Below, one piece after another: positions 46,181 through 55,508 of a stretch of 64,000 bases of DNA. The stretch comes from Candidatus Omnitrophota bacterium (GTDB lineage Bacteria; Omnitrophota; Gorgyraeia; Zapsychrales; Fredricksoniimonadaceae): assembly GCA_015233145.1 (NCBI GenBank), contig JADFYI010000003.1, positions 39,421 to 103,420 of the forward strand. Direction: 5' to 3'. Every line of letters starts with the position of its first letter. The stretch's first letter is position 1. The notes beneath the pieces are model-generated. The model ran no database searches. It was given only the letters and a program-made list of their open reading frames with translations, and had not been told where the DNA came from. Position numbers and translations under genes: made by a program.

Positions 46181-47122
46181 GTGAACAAAACAGCTTTTAT
46201 GTTTCTTTTGAAAGAAATCAAAACATGGATCGCCCTTTCCAGGCCGCCATTTCAGGTTGTCGGCGTTCTTCCTTTTATTGTTGGCTCTCTTCTTCCTTTA
46301 AAGACGGTTCAAGCCCTTGATGTTCCTGTTTTTTTATGGGGATTGTTTGGAGTCGTCCTTGTGATGTTATCAACCTATTTTAATGGTGAGGTCCATGACA
46401 TTCAGGAAGATCGGCTTTCAGTTAAACTCGAGAAAAACATTTTTTCTGCAGGCACTCAAGTGTTGGTTCAGGGGTTAATTGCTCCCCAGAAAGTGAAGGG
46501 GGCTAGCTATGGGGTTATTGGAACCGCACTTTTAGTGGCGGTAATTCTTCAATTTTGTTACAAAACAGGCCCCTGGACCATTCCGCTTGGGATTTCAGGG
46601 ATTATAACGGGTTTTTATTATTCCAAACCTCCCTTTCGTTGGGTTCAAAAAGGGCTTGGAGAAATTTTTATTGGGTATAGTTATGGCTGGCTTCCCGTAG
46701 CCGCAGGCGCCTATTTACAGACAGGACATATTGATTCAATCGTTCATTGGGTTTCTTTACCCATCATCTGTTCGGTTTTCAATGTTATATTGATTAATGA
46801 ATTTCCCGACTATCCCGCAGATATCCAGGTTAATAAAAGAAATTTAGTGGTTAGGTTCGGGAAAGAAAGATGCGCGGTTATTTATGCCGTAATGGCGCTG
46901 GCAGGAGGGGGAACATTTTTTGTTTCTTTAACTCAAGGGGTGCCCGCCGCCAGTCTTTTTATTTACCTGCCCGTTGGCGTTTTGTCTTGTGCTTCTGCCG
47001 GCATGATGCTTGCAAAAAAGTTTAATCATCGAAAGTTGCTCGAAAGAATGTGCCTGATTACATATTTAGTGAATTTAGGGACATGTTTTTCTTATATTGC
47101 GGGGTTTGTCATTCCTCGTTGA
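46181..47122 (+). CDS. UbiA-family aromatic/polyprenyl prenyltransferase (MenA/UbiA-like) membrane protein
   Basis: ...ALSRPPFQVVGVLPFIVGSLL...; NGEVHDIQEDRL (first Asp-rich motif NxxxDxxxD-like); YSKPPFRW; 8–9 TM helices. The start is GTG 46181 or ATG 46198. Confidence 0.7.
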   Translation: MNKTAFMFLLKEIKTWIALSRPPFQVVGVLPFIVGSLLPLKTVQALDVPVFLWGLFGVVLVMLSTYFNGEVHDIQEDRLSVKLEKNIFSAGTQVLVQGLIAPQKVKGASYGVIGTALLVAVILQFCYKTGPWTIPLGISGIITGFYYSKPPFRWVQKGLGEIFIGYSYGWLPVAAGAYLQTGHIDSIVHWVSLPIICSVFNVILINEFPDYPADIQVNKRNLVVRFGKERCAVIYAVMALAGGGTFFVSLTQGVPAASLFIYLPVGVLSCASAGMMLAKKFNHRKLLERMCLITYLVNLGTCFSYIAGFVIPR

Positions 47123-47202
47123 AATGATCATCATTGGGCGGGGTAAAATTGAAAGGATGTGAACATATAAGCGACTAAAAAACGAAAGCATAAGGAGGGA
47201 TC

Positions 47203-47691
47203 ATGAAAAATATTCTACGAAAGAATAAATGGGGAGTAGGAATGTTTTTCGTCTTCTTACTGCTGGGAATGGCAACAGTCGCATATGCCTTTGGAAGGAG
47301 CTCTTCTTCCTGGGACAGTACCCGAGAACCGCAACAAAAGTCTTCCGTGAGCCTTTACGATCAGGGCATGGCCGCCAACAACAGCGGTGATTATCAAAAA
47401 GCCAAAAAACTGTTTGAGCAGGCATTAAGCAGGGACAAAAACAATCCTGATATCTTTAATATGCTTGCGCACACACAGCTTAAGCTCGGGATGATTGATG
47501 AGTCTTTGAATAATTACAGGAAGGCGCTGGCCCTTCGTCCCCATTTCCCGGAAGCGAGAGAGTATTTGGGAGAAACTTATATCCAGGCCGCAATGCGTGA
47601 AATAGAAACACTTAAAAGTTATGGCGCAAACGGGGCTGAACAGCTGGAAGATTTGGTGAACGAGTTTAAAAAAGCCGCGTCAGGGTTGTAG
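47203..47691 (+). CDS. secreted tetratricopeptide-repeat protein
   Basis: Signal/TM anchor, then TPR-like helices (YQKAKKLFEQALSRDKNNPDIFNMLAHTQLKLGMIDESLNNYRKALALRPHFPEA). Confidence 0.5.
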   Translation: MKNILRKNKWGVGMFFVFLLLGMATVAYAFGRSSSSWDSTREPQQKSSVSLYDQGMAANNSGDYQKAKKLFEQALSRDKNNPDIFNMLAHTQLKLGMIDESLNNYRKALALRPHFPEAREYLGETYIQAAMREIETLKSYGANGAEQLEDLVNEFKKAASGL

Positions 47692-47700
47692 AGAGGTGCC

Positions 47701-48372
47701 ATGAGGATATTGCTTGTTGAGGATGAAAGAAGGTTGTCTTCATTTATTAAAAGAGGGTTAAAAGAAGCCTGTTATGCCGTGGATACTGCGGATAATGGAG
47801 AAGATGCGCTTTTTAAGGCTGAAACCGACTCTTATGATTTGATTGTGCTTGATATTATGATCCCTGGCCGGGACGGCATTGATGTCTGCCGCAGGCTGAG
47901 AAAAGGAAAGAGCGAGGTGCCGATTCTGATGCTGACGGCCCGTGATGATGTGGAGGATAAGATTACAGGATTGGATGCCGGCGCCGATGATTATCTGACA
48001 AAACCGTTTTCTTTTCCCGAATTTTTGGCCCGTGTGAGGGCGTTATTAAGGAGAAAGGCTCCTGAAAGGACAACGCACCTAAGGGTTGCGGATCTGGAGA
48101 TTGATCAGGTGGCGCATAAAGTATTTCGGGGAGGGAAAGAGATCGTTCTTACGGCTACGGAGTATGGCTTGTTGGAGTTTCTTATGCTCCATTCAGGGCA
48201 GGTGGTGACGAGGACCATGATTTCCGAGCATGTTTGGAAGGGCGATTTTGATGCGTTTTCGAATGTGATTAACGTCTACATTAATTATCTCCGCAGGAAA
48301 GTTGATAGCGCGGGGGCTAAAAGACTGATCCACGCCTTGCGCGGTGTCGGATATGTCCTTAAGGAAGAATGA
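47701..48372 (+). CDS. OmpR-family response regulator (REC + winged-helix; CusR/CopR-like)
   Basis: MRILLVEDERRLSSFIKRGLKEACYAVDTADNGEDAL...YDLIVLDIMIPGRDGIDVC...ILMLTARDDVEDKITGLDAGADDYLTKPFSFPEFLARVRALLRR, then a trans_reg_C winged helix. Confidence 0.85.
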   Translation: MRILLVEDERRLSSFIKRGLKEACYAVDTADNGEDALFKAETDSYDLIVLDIMIPGRDGIDVCRRLRKGKSEVPILMLTARDDVEDKITGLDAGADDYLTKPFSFPEFLARVRALLRRKAPERTTHLRVADLEIDQVAHKVFRGGKEIVLTATEYGLLEFLMLHSGQVVTRTMISEHVWKGDFDAFSNVINVYINYLRRKVDSAGAKRLIHALRGVGYVLKEE

Positions 48373-49835
48373 TTACCAATTCCATCCGATTCAAGACCAG
48401 TATCCTTTATTCAAGCATTTTATTGGTGATTCTCATCTTTTTTAGTACCTACCTTTTTCAGGCTGCCAGGCATATTTTGTACCAGAACATCAATGAGGAG
48501 TTGAATATTAAGGCCGACCAGATCGTGGGGACCATCAATGCTTACGGGGAAGTCACGAATGGCAAGCTTCCAGCCATGTCTCTGGTGAGAGAGTTTCTTT
48601 CGGATGATGTTAAGGTTCCGGTTGCTCAAGGTGTCATTGATAAGCTTTGGGAAAAGCACCGCTGGCTCTTGGGTGCGCACAATGATTTTTTCCGGATTGT
48701 TGATGTTAATGGTGAGGTCATCCTTCAGTCGGAAGACCTGCCGGCCGGTGCAGGTTTTTTGTTGGATCATCTGTTATCAATCCGGGCAGGTGCTGATAAT
48801 TACGCGACTTTGAACATCAATGGAATTCCTTTTCGGGGAATCCGCTATCCTTTCACTTTTAATTATCGTAAACCCTATGTTCTGCAGTTGGTGGTGCCCC
48901 TGACCTCGGTTGAGCACACCATGGCCAAATTGCTGACCGTCATGATCACCGGGATCATTGTTACTCTTTTGCTGTCTCTTTTTATCGGGTCTTTTTTGAC
49001 CCGAAAGATTCTTAAACCCGTGACTGAGGTCACTCTTACGGCCAGCAATATTTCCCAGAAAAACCTGGGTATCAGAATTAAAGACCAGGCGCTCGATCAT
49101 GAAATGCTCCTTCTGGTCGATTCTTTCAATCAGATGATCGACCGCCTGGAAAAATCGTTTGCGCATATTAACGAGTTCAGCTCCCATGTGGCGCATGAAT
49201 TAAAGACGCCCTTGTCCATTATTAAAGGTGAACTGGAGCTTGCTTTATCAGCAGACAACGCCAGGGAAGAGGATCGGCGGGTTATGATGGTGACCTTAGA
49301 GGAGATCGACCGGCTGATCAAGATTATTAAGGATCTGTTATTGCTTGCGAAATTTGATTATAAGCTGAATATTTTTAAGATGGAGCGGATGAATTTGACA
49401 GAGTTTTTGCATGATGTTTGCCGGCATGCCGGAGTGCTGGCGCAGGAAAAGGGTATCCGTTTTAGCCCGTTAATTCCTGAAGAGGAGCTTTGGATTCAGG
49501 GGGATCCGGTTCATTTAAGGAGGTTATTTTTTAATCTGATTCATAATGCTGTCAAATTTACTCCTTCTTGCGGTGAAATCAGCATTATTGTGACGGTTCT
49601 GGAGGGCAAGGGGCGGGTTTCTGTGAAGGATACCGGAGAAGGCATTGCCCCTGCCGACCAAAAGAAGATATTTGAGAAGTTCTACCGTGTCCGCAAAGCA
49701 GGCCATGAGGAAGTGTCGGGCACCGGATTGGGATTGTGCCTGGCCCAGTCGATTGCCAGGGCGCACGGCGGCGATATTGTTTTTGAGAGCGCACCGCAAA
49801 AAGGCTCAACGTTTACTGTCATTTTTCCGCTGTGA
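48369..49835 (+). CDS. sensor histidine kinase (two TM, periplasmic sensor, HAMP, HisKA, HATPase_c); cognate kinase of the OmpR-family regulator
   Basis: ATGA overlap with the regulator gene. H-box FSSHVAHELKTPLSIIKGELELAL; N/G boxes ...IHNAVKFTP...VKDTGEGIA...GTGLGLCLAQSIARAHGGDI. Confidence 0.85.
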   Translation: MITNSIRFKTSILYSSILLVILIFFSTYLFQAARHILYQNINEELNIKADQIVGTINAYGEVTNGKLPAMSLVREFLSDDVKVPVAQGVIDKLWEKHRWLLGAHNDFFRIVDVNGEVILQSEDLPAGAGFLLDHLLSIRAGADNYATLNINGIPFRGIRYPFTFNYRKPYVLQLVVPLTSVEHTMAKLLTVMITGIIVTLLLSLFIGSFLTRKILKPVTEVTLTASNISQKNLGIRIKDQALDHEMLLLVDSFNQMIDRLEKSFAHINEFSSHVAHELKTPLSIIKGELELALSADNAREEDRRVMMVTLEEIDRLIKIIKDLLLLAKFDYKLNIFKMERMNLTEFLHDVCRHAGVLAQEKGIRFSPLIPEEELWIQGDPVHLRRLFFNLIHNAVKFTPSCGEISIIVTVLEGKGRVSVKDTGEGIAPADQKKIFEKFYRVRKAGHEEVSGTGLGLCLAQSIARAHGGDIVFESAPQKGSTFTVIFPL

Positions 49836-49963
49836 TTTCTTTCTGTCTCCTCTCGTTTTCGAAAATATGAAAATTTTAATCTTTCTTTAACCATCTTCTT
49901 AGTTTGGTTTTGTTAAATATGTTGGCAATGGAGTTTAAAACCAGAATAAGAAAGGTGGTATTT

Positions 49964-50491
49964 ATGAGAAGAACATATATCGACAGGATCGCTGAGCATT
50001 ATCAATGCCAGGAGGATGATTTGGATTTGATGATGGGGATGTTTAGCAGGAAGGGTCGATGGAGCCGGCATGATGTCGAGGAGAGTCGGGTGTTTGGCAG
50101 CGCGTCCTCTCGAAGGTTATTAGTGGTTGATGACGAGGCCAGGATCAGGGATACGTATCAAAAGATTTTTTCAAAAAAAGGGTTTGATGTTTTAACAGCA
50201 GCCGACGCGATGAACGCCAAAGACCTTTTGGTCCGCGAGCGGGTCGGGATTGTTTTTCTGGATATCAACATGGCCGAAGTTGATGGCGGGATTTTGTTCG
50301 AGCTGGTGAGGGCTTTTCATCCCGGTGTTAAGGTGGTTGTGTCGAGCGTTTATCCTGTCGAGGAGCAAAAAGAACGGATCAGGGGTGCGGATGCTTATTT
50401 TGACAAATCTGACGGCAAGTACGCTTTATTGAACCTGGTATCTTCTTTAATGGGGAGAGAAGAGGAAGAACATTATGAATTTCCAGACTGA
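49964..50491 (+). CDS. orphan single-domain response regulator (REC)
   Basis: LLVVDDEARIRDTYQKIFSKKGFDVLTAADAMNAKDLL...IVFLDINMAEVDGGIL. The start was set at ATG 49964 (AAGGTGG RBS); the six-frame start at 49904 is a TTG. Confidence 0.55.
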   Translation: MRRTYIDRIAEHYQCQEDDLDLMMGMFSRKGRWSRHDVEESRVFGSASSRRLLVVDDEARIRDTYQKIFSKKGFDVLTAADAMNAKDLLVRERVGIVFLDINMAEVDGGILFELVRAFHPGVKVVVSSVYPVEEQKERIRGADAYFDKSDGKYALLNLVSSLMGREEEEHYEFPD

Positions 50492-50532
50492 TCTTAAGTA
50501 AGAGTGCCACGGTCAAGTTTGTGGTATCGTCG

Positions 50533-50585
50533 AAAAAGGCGCATTTCCTTAAATATTTTTTATAGGAAATGCGCTTTTTTCTTTA
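50533..50585 (+). terminator. rho-independent terminator
   Basis: aaaaaggcgcatttcc-(loop)-ggaaatgcgcttttttcttt. Confidence 0.65.
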
Positions 50586-50716
50586 TAAATCCAGTATTTT
50601 TTTGACCTCAAAATATCTCATTTTCTTATTGTTCAACATATAAAAAACTTCTATTATTAAATTAACATTTCAAACCTATCACTTCATTTATTTTTTGCAG
50701 TCGTAAAAGGCGGCGG

Positions 50717-53700
50717 ATGAAAAAACTTTTTCTTCAGGTTATTTTCCTATCAATCCTGTATATTTTCTTTTCTCCTGCAAATCTTTTTGCCCAGATAGTA
50801 GTTACCGGCGGAGATGCCACTATTGATATCCCGGATGACACCAGCGGCGGGGTTAACTTTCCTGATGCTGTTAACCGGACAGCAACCGTTGTTGACGGGA
50901 AAAATGTCGTTGGAGCGGTAACAACCGGAACCAATAATCAAGGAACAGTCACGGCACAGGGAGACAGCACCTTTTTGGCAAAGGTGGGTGATGTCGGTGC
51001 TGCATTAAAAGCGGTTAATGCCGGGGCTGCTGGCAAGGCGGTAACATTTTCAAATGATGTTTATACGCAAAGCCTGAATATCAGCGGAACAGGCACCGTG
51101 AATTTAGATGGAACTCTTAATGGGGCGGCATCGTTTAAAGCGGATGGCGTATTAAAAGTTGCGGATGGCCAGGATGTGACAGGGCTTGTCACCACGGTCT
51201 TAAATAATAAAGGAACGCTGACGTCTTTAGGGACCAATATGTTTTATGGCCAGGTTGGCGCTTCGGGTTTTGCATTAAAGGCTGTGAATGGCGGCGCGGA
51301 TACCTCGATATCAACATTTGGCAGTGATGTTTATACAAAAAGTTTAAATGTCACAGGCACAGGCGTTGTGGATTTGCTGGGCAATTTGACCGGAGCTACA
51401 AATTTTCAAGATGATGGGACTGTCATGATTGCAGATGGGATGGATATGACAGGCGCTGTCACAACAGATAACACGGGCAAAGGGGCCTTAACGTCGAAGG
51501 GCACGAATACGATTTCAGGGCAGATTGGCGCCAGTGCCGCGCAATTAAATACTGTGAATGGCGGGTACATTGGAAAAACCTCAACTTTCTCAGGAGATAT
51601 TTATGCCCAGACTCTTAACGTGACGCAGACCGGTACGGTTGCGTTAGGAGGGAATTTGAATGGGGCTGCGGTGTTTAATGGTGATGGCACAATAACAGTA
51701 GCGGATACCAAACAGATTGCAGGAACCGTGACAACGGCCGCTGATAACACCGGGACTTTGACATCTTTAGGAACGAACACTTTTTCATCAGTTGGCGCGT
51801 CAGGCAAGGCTTTAAATGTTGTTAACGGCGGCGCCTCAAGCGCAACATCCACTTTTTCAGGCAATGTTTTTGCAACGACTTTGAATGTTACTGGCACAGG
51901 AACCGTGGCCTTAGGCGGGGATTTAAATGGCGCGGCAGCATTTAACGCGGATGGTGTCTTATCCATAGGTGCTGGAACAATTACCGGGGCAGTAACAACA
52001 GCGACAACAGATACCGGCACATTAACTTCAACAGGGTCAAGCACGGTTTCAGGCCAGGTGGGCTTATTGGGGACGGTGTTAAAGGCTGTGAATGGCGGTG
52101 TGGCCGGGGCAACATCAACTTTTTCAAGTGATATTTATGCCACCAATTTAAATGTGACAGGAACCGGAACCGTGGCCTTGGCTGGGACTTTAAATGGTGC
52201 AGCTGTTTTTGGCGGTGATGGAACACTGACAGTGGCAGACTCGAAAGCTATCACTGGTACGGTCACAACAGGCACGAATAATACCGGGACGTTGACATTG
52301 TCAGGATCAAATTCATTTGCTGGGCTTGTGGGCGCGGCTAATTTTGCGTTAAAGGCTGTGAACGGCGGTGCGAATACCGCAACAACAACTTTCTTGAGTG
52401 ATGTGTATGCCCAGAGTTTGAATATTACAGGTACCGGGACCGTGGCTTTGGGAGGGAATTTGACAGGGACTGCGACATTCAACGACGATGGTTTATTGAC
52501 AGTGGCCGACGCCAAAGACATTTCCGGGGCTGTCACCACAGCGGTGAATAATGACGGGACGCTGACTTTATTGGGCACTAATACTGTTTCAGGGCAGGTG
52601 GGGACCGCCACGAACGCTCTTAATGCCGTGAACGCGGGGGTTAATGGGACTGTATCAATATTTTCCGGTGATGTTTACGCGCAGAATTTTAATGTTACGG
52701 GCACAGGGAATGTTTGGCTTCACGGAGCTTTGAATGCCCCTCTTGTTTATCAGGGAGACGGCGGCGTGACGCTTGATAACGCGTCGGGCAATGGCCTTAC
52801 GGCGACTATTGGGCAGGTTGTCAATAGTACAGGGTCAGATACCCAGGGAATTTTAAATTTTTCCGGTGTTCAGAGAACCGGCGGAACGATTGGGATTGTT
52901 GGCGGCCAGGACCTGCGGGCGATTAATATAACAAATGGGACATTGTTTTTAGCGCATGATATTGCGGCAGGTGTTATTACAGCAGACCAAAACGCGGGTT
53001 TTGTTTTGGTGGGCAACAGGACCATCCAGAGGGGAGATGTTAGCCTTGGCCATGCCTCTGGCGGCGGCGGGATTGCCCTGGAAAATAATTTATTAACCAT
53101 TTCTAACGGGAATTTGACAGCCGATGCCGGGTCCACTATTTTATTGAATGCCAACAGCAGCTCAGATTACGGCCGAATCAAATTAACGGCGGGTGATGCA
53201 AGCATTGCTTCGGGCGCTACAATTAATCTCAATATCGGCGGGTATGTCCGTAATGGCTCGGTGCTCAAGATTGTGGATGGCGTTGCAGGGTCTGGTGTTG
53301 CGCCGAATGTCAACGTTGTGGATAACAGTTCAATTTTGCAGTTTATGAGTGACGCCAGTTCAGGCCCTGACCTTAACATTACCGCAACAGCCAATTATGA
53401 TCCTGTCAATATTGGAGGAAGCACTCAAGCTGCAGGAAAGGCGCTCGCAACAGTTGATGCCCGCGGCCCAAGCGCGGATATGCAAAAAGTTTTTGATTCT
53501 TTATATTCATTATCTTCTGCGTCACAGGTTTCAGGCGCGGTCAAACAGATGGTTCCTCTTGAAAAGTCTGTTGTCATGTCCACGACTCATGATTTGGCGT
53601 CAGGAGGAATGCAGGCCATAGCATCTCACCTGGTGACAGCCAGGAATGGCGGACAGGCTCCTGTCAATCGAATGGATTTGATTAATTCATCGTTGGATCA

Positions 53701-54625
53701 GGTTGAAGGCGCTTCCCAGAATTCGGACTCATCAGGATATTCTTCAAATTCAGACTCATCAGGCTTTTCTTCCGGGGAAGCTTCTTCAGACCTCGCGTTA
53801 TGGGCCAAAGCTTTTGGCACAACGGCTCATCAGGATTCGAGCCAGACTGTGCCGGGTTACAAGGCCCTTGGGTCTGGCGTTATTTTAGGGGCAGATCTTT
53901 TGAAAACAGATATTGCTATTATGGGCCTGGCCGCAGGGTATGCCTTTTCTGTGATTGATGCGGAGCAGTCTAATATGCATCCTTTAGATATAAAACATTT
54001 CCCTGTGGTCTTATATGCCGAGTTTAATCAGGATGGGCCGTGGCGGGTGGATGCTTCAGTGTCCGGAGCCTTGAACACTTATTCTGAGCGCCGCATGATA
54101 GATTTTGGATCCATTCATCGTACGGCAAGGGCCTATTATGATGGCCAGCAGTATAATGCCCATATTGAGGCCGCTTATCCTATGCGTGGGGAAGAGTCTA
54201 TAACTATGGTTCCGTCAGCCTTTTTGGATTATGGACGGACATATTTTTCAGGATATACTGAGCAGGGAGCAGGGGATTTGGATCTGAACGTCAAAGCCCA
54301 GGACTATAGTCAATTCAGGCCGGGCCTGGGGTTAGCCATGTCTTCTTCCTGGAATGCGGATGATGTTGTTGTGACACCCCAGATATACGCCAAATGGAGT
54401 TATGATTTGATTGAGCAGGATGTCCAGACAGTCGCGGCTTTTAATGGCACAGGCGTATATTTTAATACTCAGGAAATCAGGATGCCTCGAGAAACCTGGA
54501 ATGGCGGGTTGTCCTGCGGGTTTAGTTTCCCGAGGAGCACTAGCATTGAGTTGACGTATGATGCTGAAATCAAGAAGGGGTATCTGGCCCATTATGTCAG
54601 CGCACTGGTTAAGCGCAGGTTTTAA
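50717..54625 (+). CDS. classical (type Va) autotransporter: signal peptide, highly repetitive Gly/Thr/Asn-rich passenger and a C-terminal beta-barrel translocator domain
   Basis: Signal MKKLFLQVIFLSILYIFFSPANLFA. There are at least 10 repeats of about 75 aa (...VTTG.NN.GTLT..G.N.F.G.VGA....LKAVNGG......TF.SDVYA..LN(I/V)TGTGTV.L.G.LNGAA.F..DG.L.VAD...I.G.V...). An autotransporter-like C-terminus follows (ALWAKAFGTTAHQDS..., then alternating beta-strands) and ends in ...YVSALVKRRF with terminal Phe. A terminator hairpin follows. Confidence 0.7.
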   Translation: MKKLFLQVIFLSILYIFFSPANLFAQIVVTGGDATIDIPDDTSGGVNFPDAVNRTATVVDGKNVVGAVTTGTNNQGTVTAQGDSTFLAKVGDVGAALKAVNAGAAGKAVTFSNDVYTQSLNISGTGTVNLDGTLNGAASFKADGVLKVADGQDVTGLVTTVLNNKGTLTSLGTNMFYGQVGASGFALKAVNGGADTSISTFGSDVYTKSLNVTGTGVVDLLGNLTGATNFQDDGTVMIADGMDMTGAVTTDNTGKGALTSKGTNTISGQIGASAAQLNTVNGGYIGKTSTFSGDIYAQTLNVTQTGTVALGGNLNGAAVFNGDGTITVADTKQIAGTVTTAADNTGTLTSLGTNTFSSVGASGKALNVVNGGASSATSTFSGNVFATTLNVTGTGTVALGGDLNGAAAFNADGVLSIGAGTITGAVTTATTDTGTLTSTGSSTVSGQVGLLGTVLKAVNGGVAGATSTFSSDIYATNLNVTGTGTVALAGTLNGAAVFGGDGTLTVADSKAITGTVTTGTNNTGTLTLSGSNSFAGLVGAANFALKAVNGGANTATTTFLSDVYAQSLNITGTGTVALGGNLTGTATFNDDGLLTVADAKDISGAVTTAVNNDGTLTLLGTNTVSGQVGTATNALNAVNAGVNGTVSIFSGDVYAQNFNVTGTGNVWLHGALNAPLVYQGDGGVTLDNASGNGLTATIGQVVNSTGSDTQGILNFSGVQRTGGTIGIVGGQDLRAINITNGTLFLAHDIAAGVITADQNAGFVLVGNRTIQRGDVSLGHASGGGGIALENNLLTISNGNLTADAGSTILLNANSSSDYGRIKLTAGDASIASGATINLNIGGYVRNGSVLKIVDGVAGSGVAPNVNVVDNSSILQFMSDASSGPDLNITATANYDPVNIGGSTQAAGKALATVDARGPSADMQKVFDSLYSLSSASQVSGAVKQMVPLEKSVVMSTTHDLASGGMQAIASHLVTARNGGQAPVNRMDLINSSLDQVEGASQNSDSSGYSSNSDSSGFSSGEASSDLALWAKAFGTTAHQDSSQTVPGYKALGSGVILGADLLKTDIAIMGLAAGYAFSVIDAEQSNMHPLDIKHFPVVLYAEFNQDGPWRVDASVSGALNTYSERRMIDFGSIHRTARAYYDGQQYNAHIEAAYPMRGEESITMVPSAFLDYGRTYFSGYTEQGAGDLDLNVKAQDYSQFRPGLGLAMSSSWNADDVVVTPQIYAKWSYDLIEQDVQTVAAFNGTGVYFNTQEIRMPRETWNGGLSCGFSFPRSTSIELTYDAEIKKGYLAHYVSALVKRRF
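50897..52757 (+). repeat. tandem array of about 225 bp (about 75 aa) repeats within the autotransporter passenger
   Basis: The protein-level motif recurs, and the DNA is repetitive too (e.g. ggcggcgcggatacc / ggcggcgcctcaagc / ggcggtgtggccggg ; ttaaaggctgtgaatggcgg recurs). Confidence 0.55.
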
Positions 54626-54650
54626 TTCGGTGTTGGGCTTCACAAAAACA

Positions 54651-54686
54651 AGCCGGACAGTTGTTCTTGTCCGGTTTTTCTTTTTT
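54651..54686 (+). terminator. rho-independent terminator after the autotransporter gene
   Basis: agccggacag-ttgtt-cttgtccgg followed by tttttctttttt. Confidence 0.6.
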
Positions 54687-54782
54687 GTCATTTTCTGTTT
54701 TTCTTTTGTCAGGGCCTACTCAGAAGAATTCCCCCGTTATAGTTTTGATCGTTTTGCCCAAAGCCATAAATTGACGCGGATG

Positions 54783-55508
54783 GTTATCGTGACAAAAGAT
54801 TTCCCTCTTTTGGCTTATATTCGCGTGAAAGCTCCTGGAGGGATGCTTCGTATTTATATGGAAGGCGACGGCCTGGCGTGGAGGAGCCGGCGGGAGATTT
54901 CCGATGACCCGACTCCGCATGATAACATGGTTTTAAGGCTTGCTGCGCTTGACAGCGCGGCCAATGTCGCCTATCTTGCAAGGCCCTGCCAGTTTGTGAA
55001 AGGCGCAAAACTTTGCGGCAATAAGGCGTACTGGTCAGACAAAAGGTTTGCGCCTGATGTGATTGAGGCCATGGATGAGGCTGTCACACGGCTTAAAGAA
55101 AAGGCTTTGTCGCCGGATATTGAGCTCGTTGGATTTTCCGGAGGTGGCGCTGTCGCCGCATTGGTGGCCCGGCAGCGGGGAGATGTCCTCGCGTTAAGGA
55201 CCATTGCCGGGAATCTTGACCATGAGGCCTTTAATGAATACCATCACACGAGTTTCCTTAAAGATTCGTTAAATCCTCTGGATTTTGTCCAGGAACTTGT
55301 GGAAATTCCCCAAAGGCATTTTTCCTGCCGCAATGACCGTGTTGTCCCGGCGTTGGTTATTAAAAATTTTCTGAAAGCCGAAGGCGATAGCAATTTCCAG
55401 GCCTTAACTCTCATCGACCATTGCTCCCATAATAAGGGCTGGGATAAGGTATGGCCGCAGTTATTGTCGTTGCCTCTTTATAATCTTAAGGCTCAAAATC
55501 AGAAATAA
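54783..55508 (+). CDS. alpha/beta-hydrolase-fold protein (esterase/lipase-like); start uncertain
   Basis: GxSxG-type nucleophile elbow VGFSGGGAVAAL, with a downstream His-containing region (LIDHCSHNKGWD). The six-frame ORF starts at 54558, inside the autotransporter and its terminator. The start could be the first ATG after the terminator (54783). A GTG at 54630 is an alternative and would add a signal-peptide-like segment (VLVRFFFFVIFCFSFVRAYS). Confidence 0.5.
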   Translation, partial: VIVTKDFPLLAYIRVKAPGGMLRIYMEGDGLAWRSRREISDDPTPHDNMVLRLAALDSAANVAYLARPCQFVKGAKLCGNKAYWSDKRFAPDVIEAMDEAVTRLKEKALSPDIELVGFSGGGAVAALVARQRGDVLALRTIAGNLDHEAFNEYHHTSFLKDSLNPLDFVQELVEIPQRHFSCRNDRVVPALVIKNFLKAEGDSNFQALTLIDHCSHNKGWDKVWPQLLSLPLYNLKAQNQK

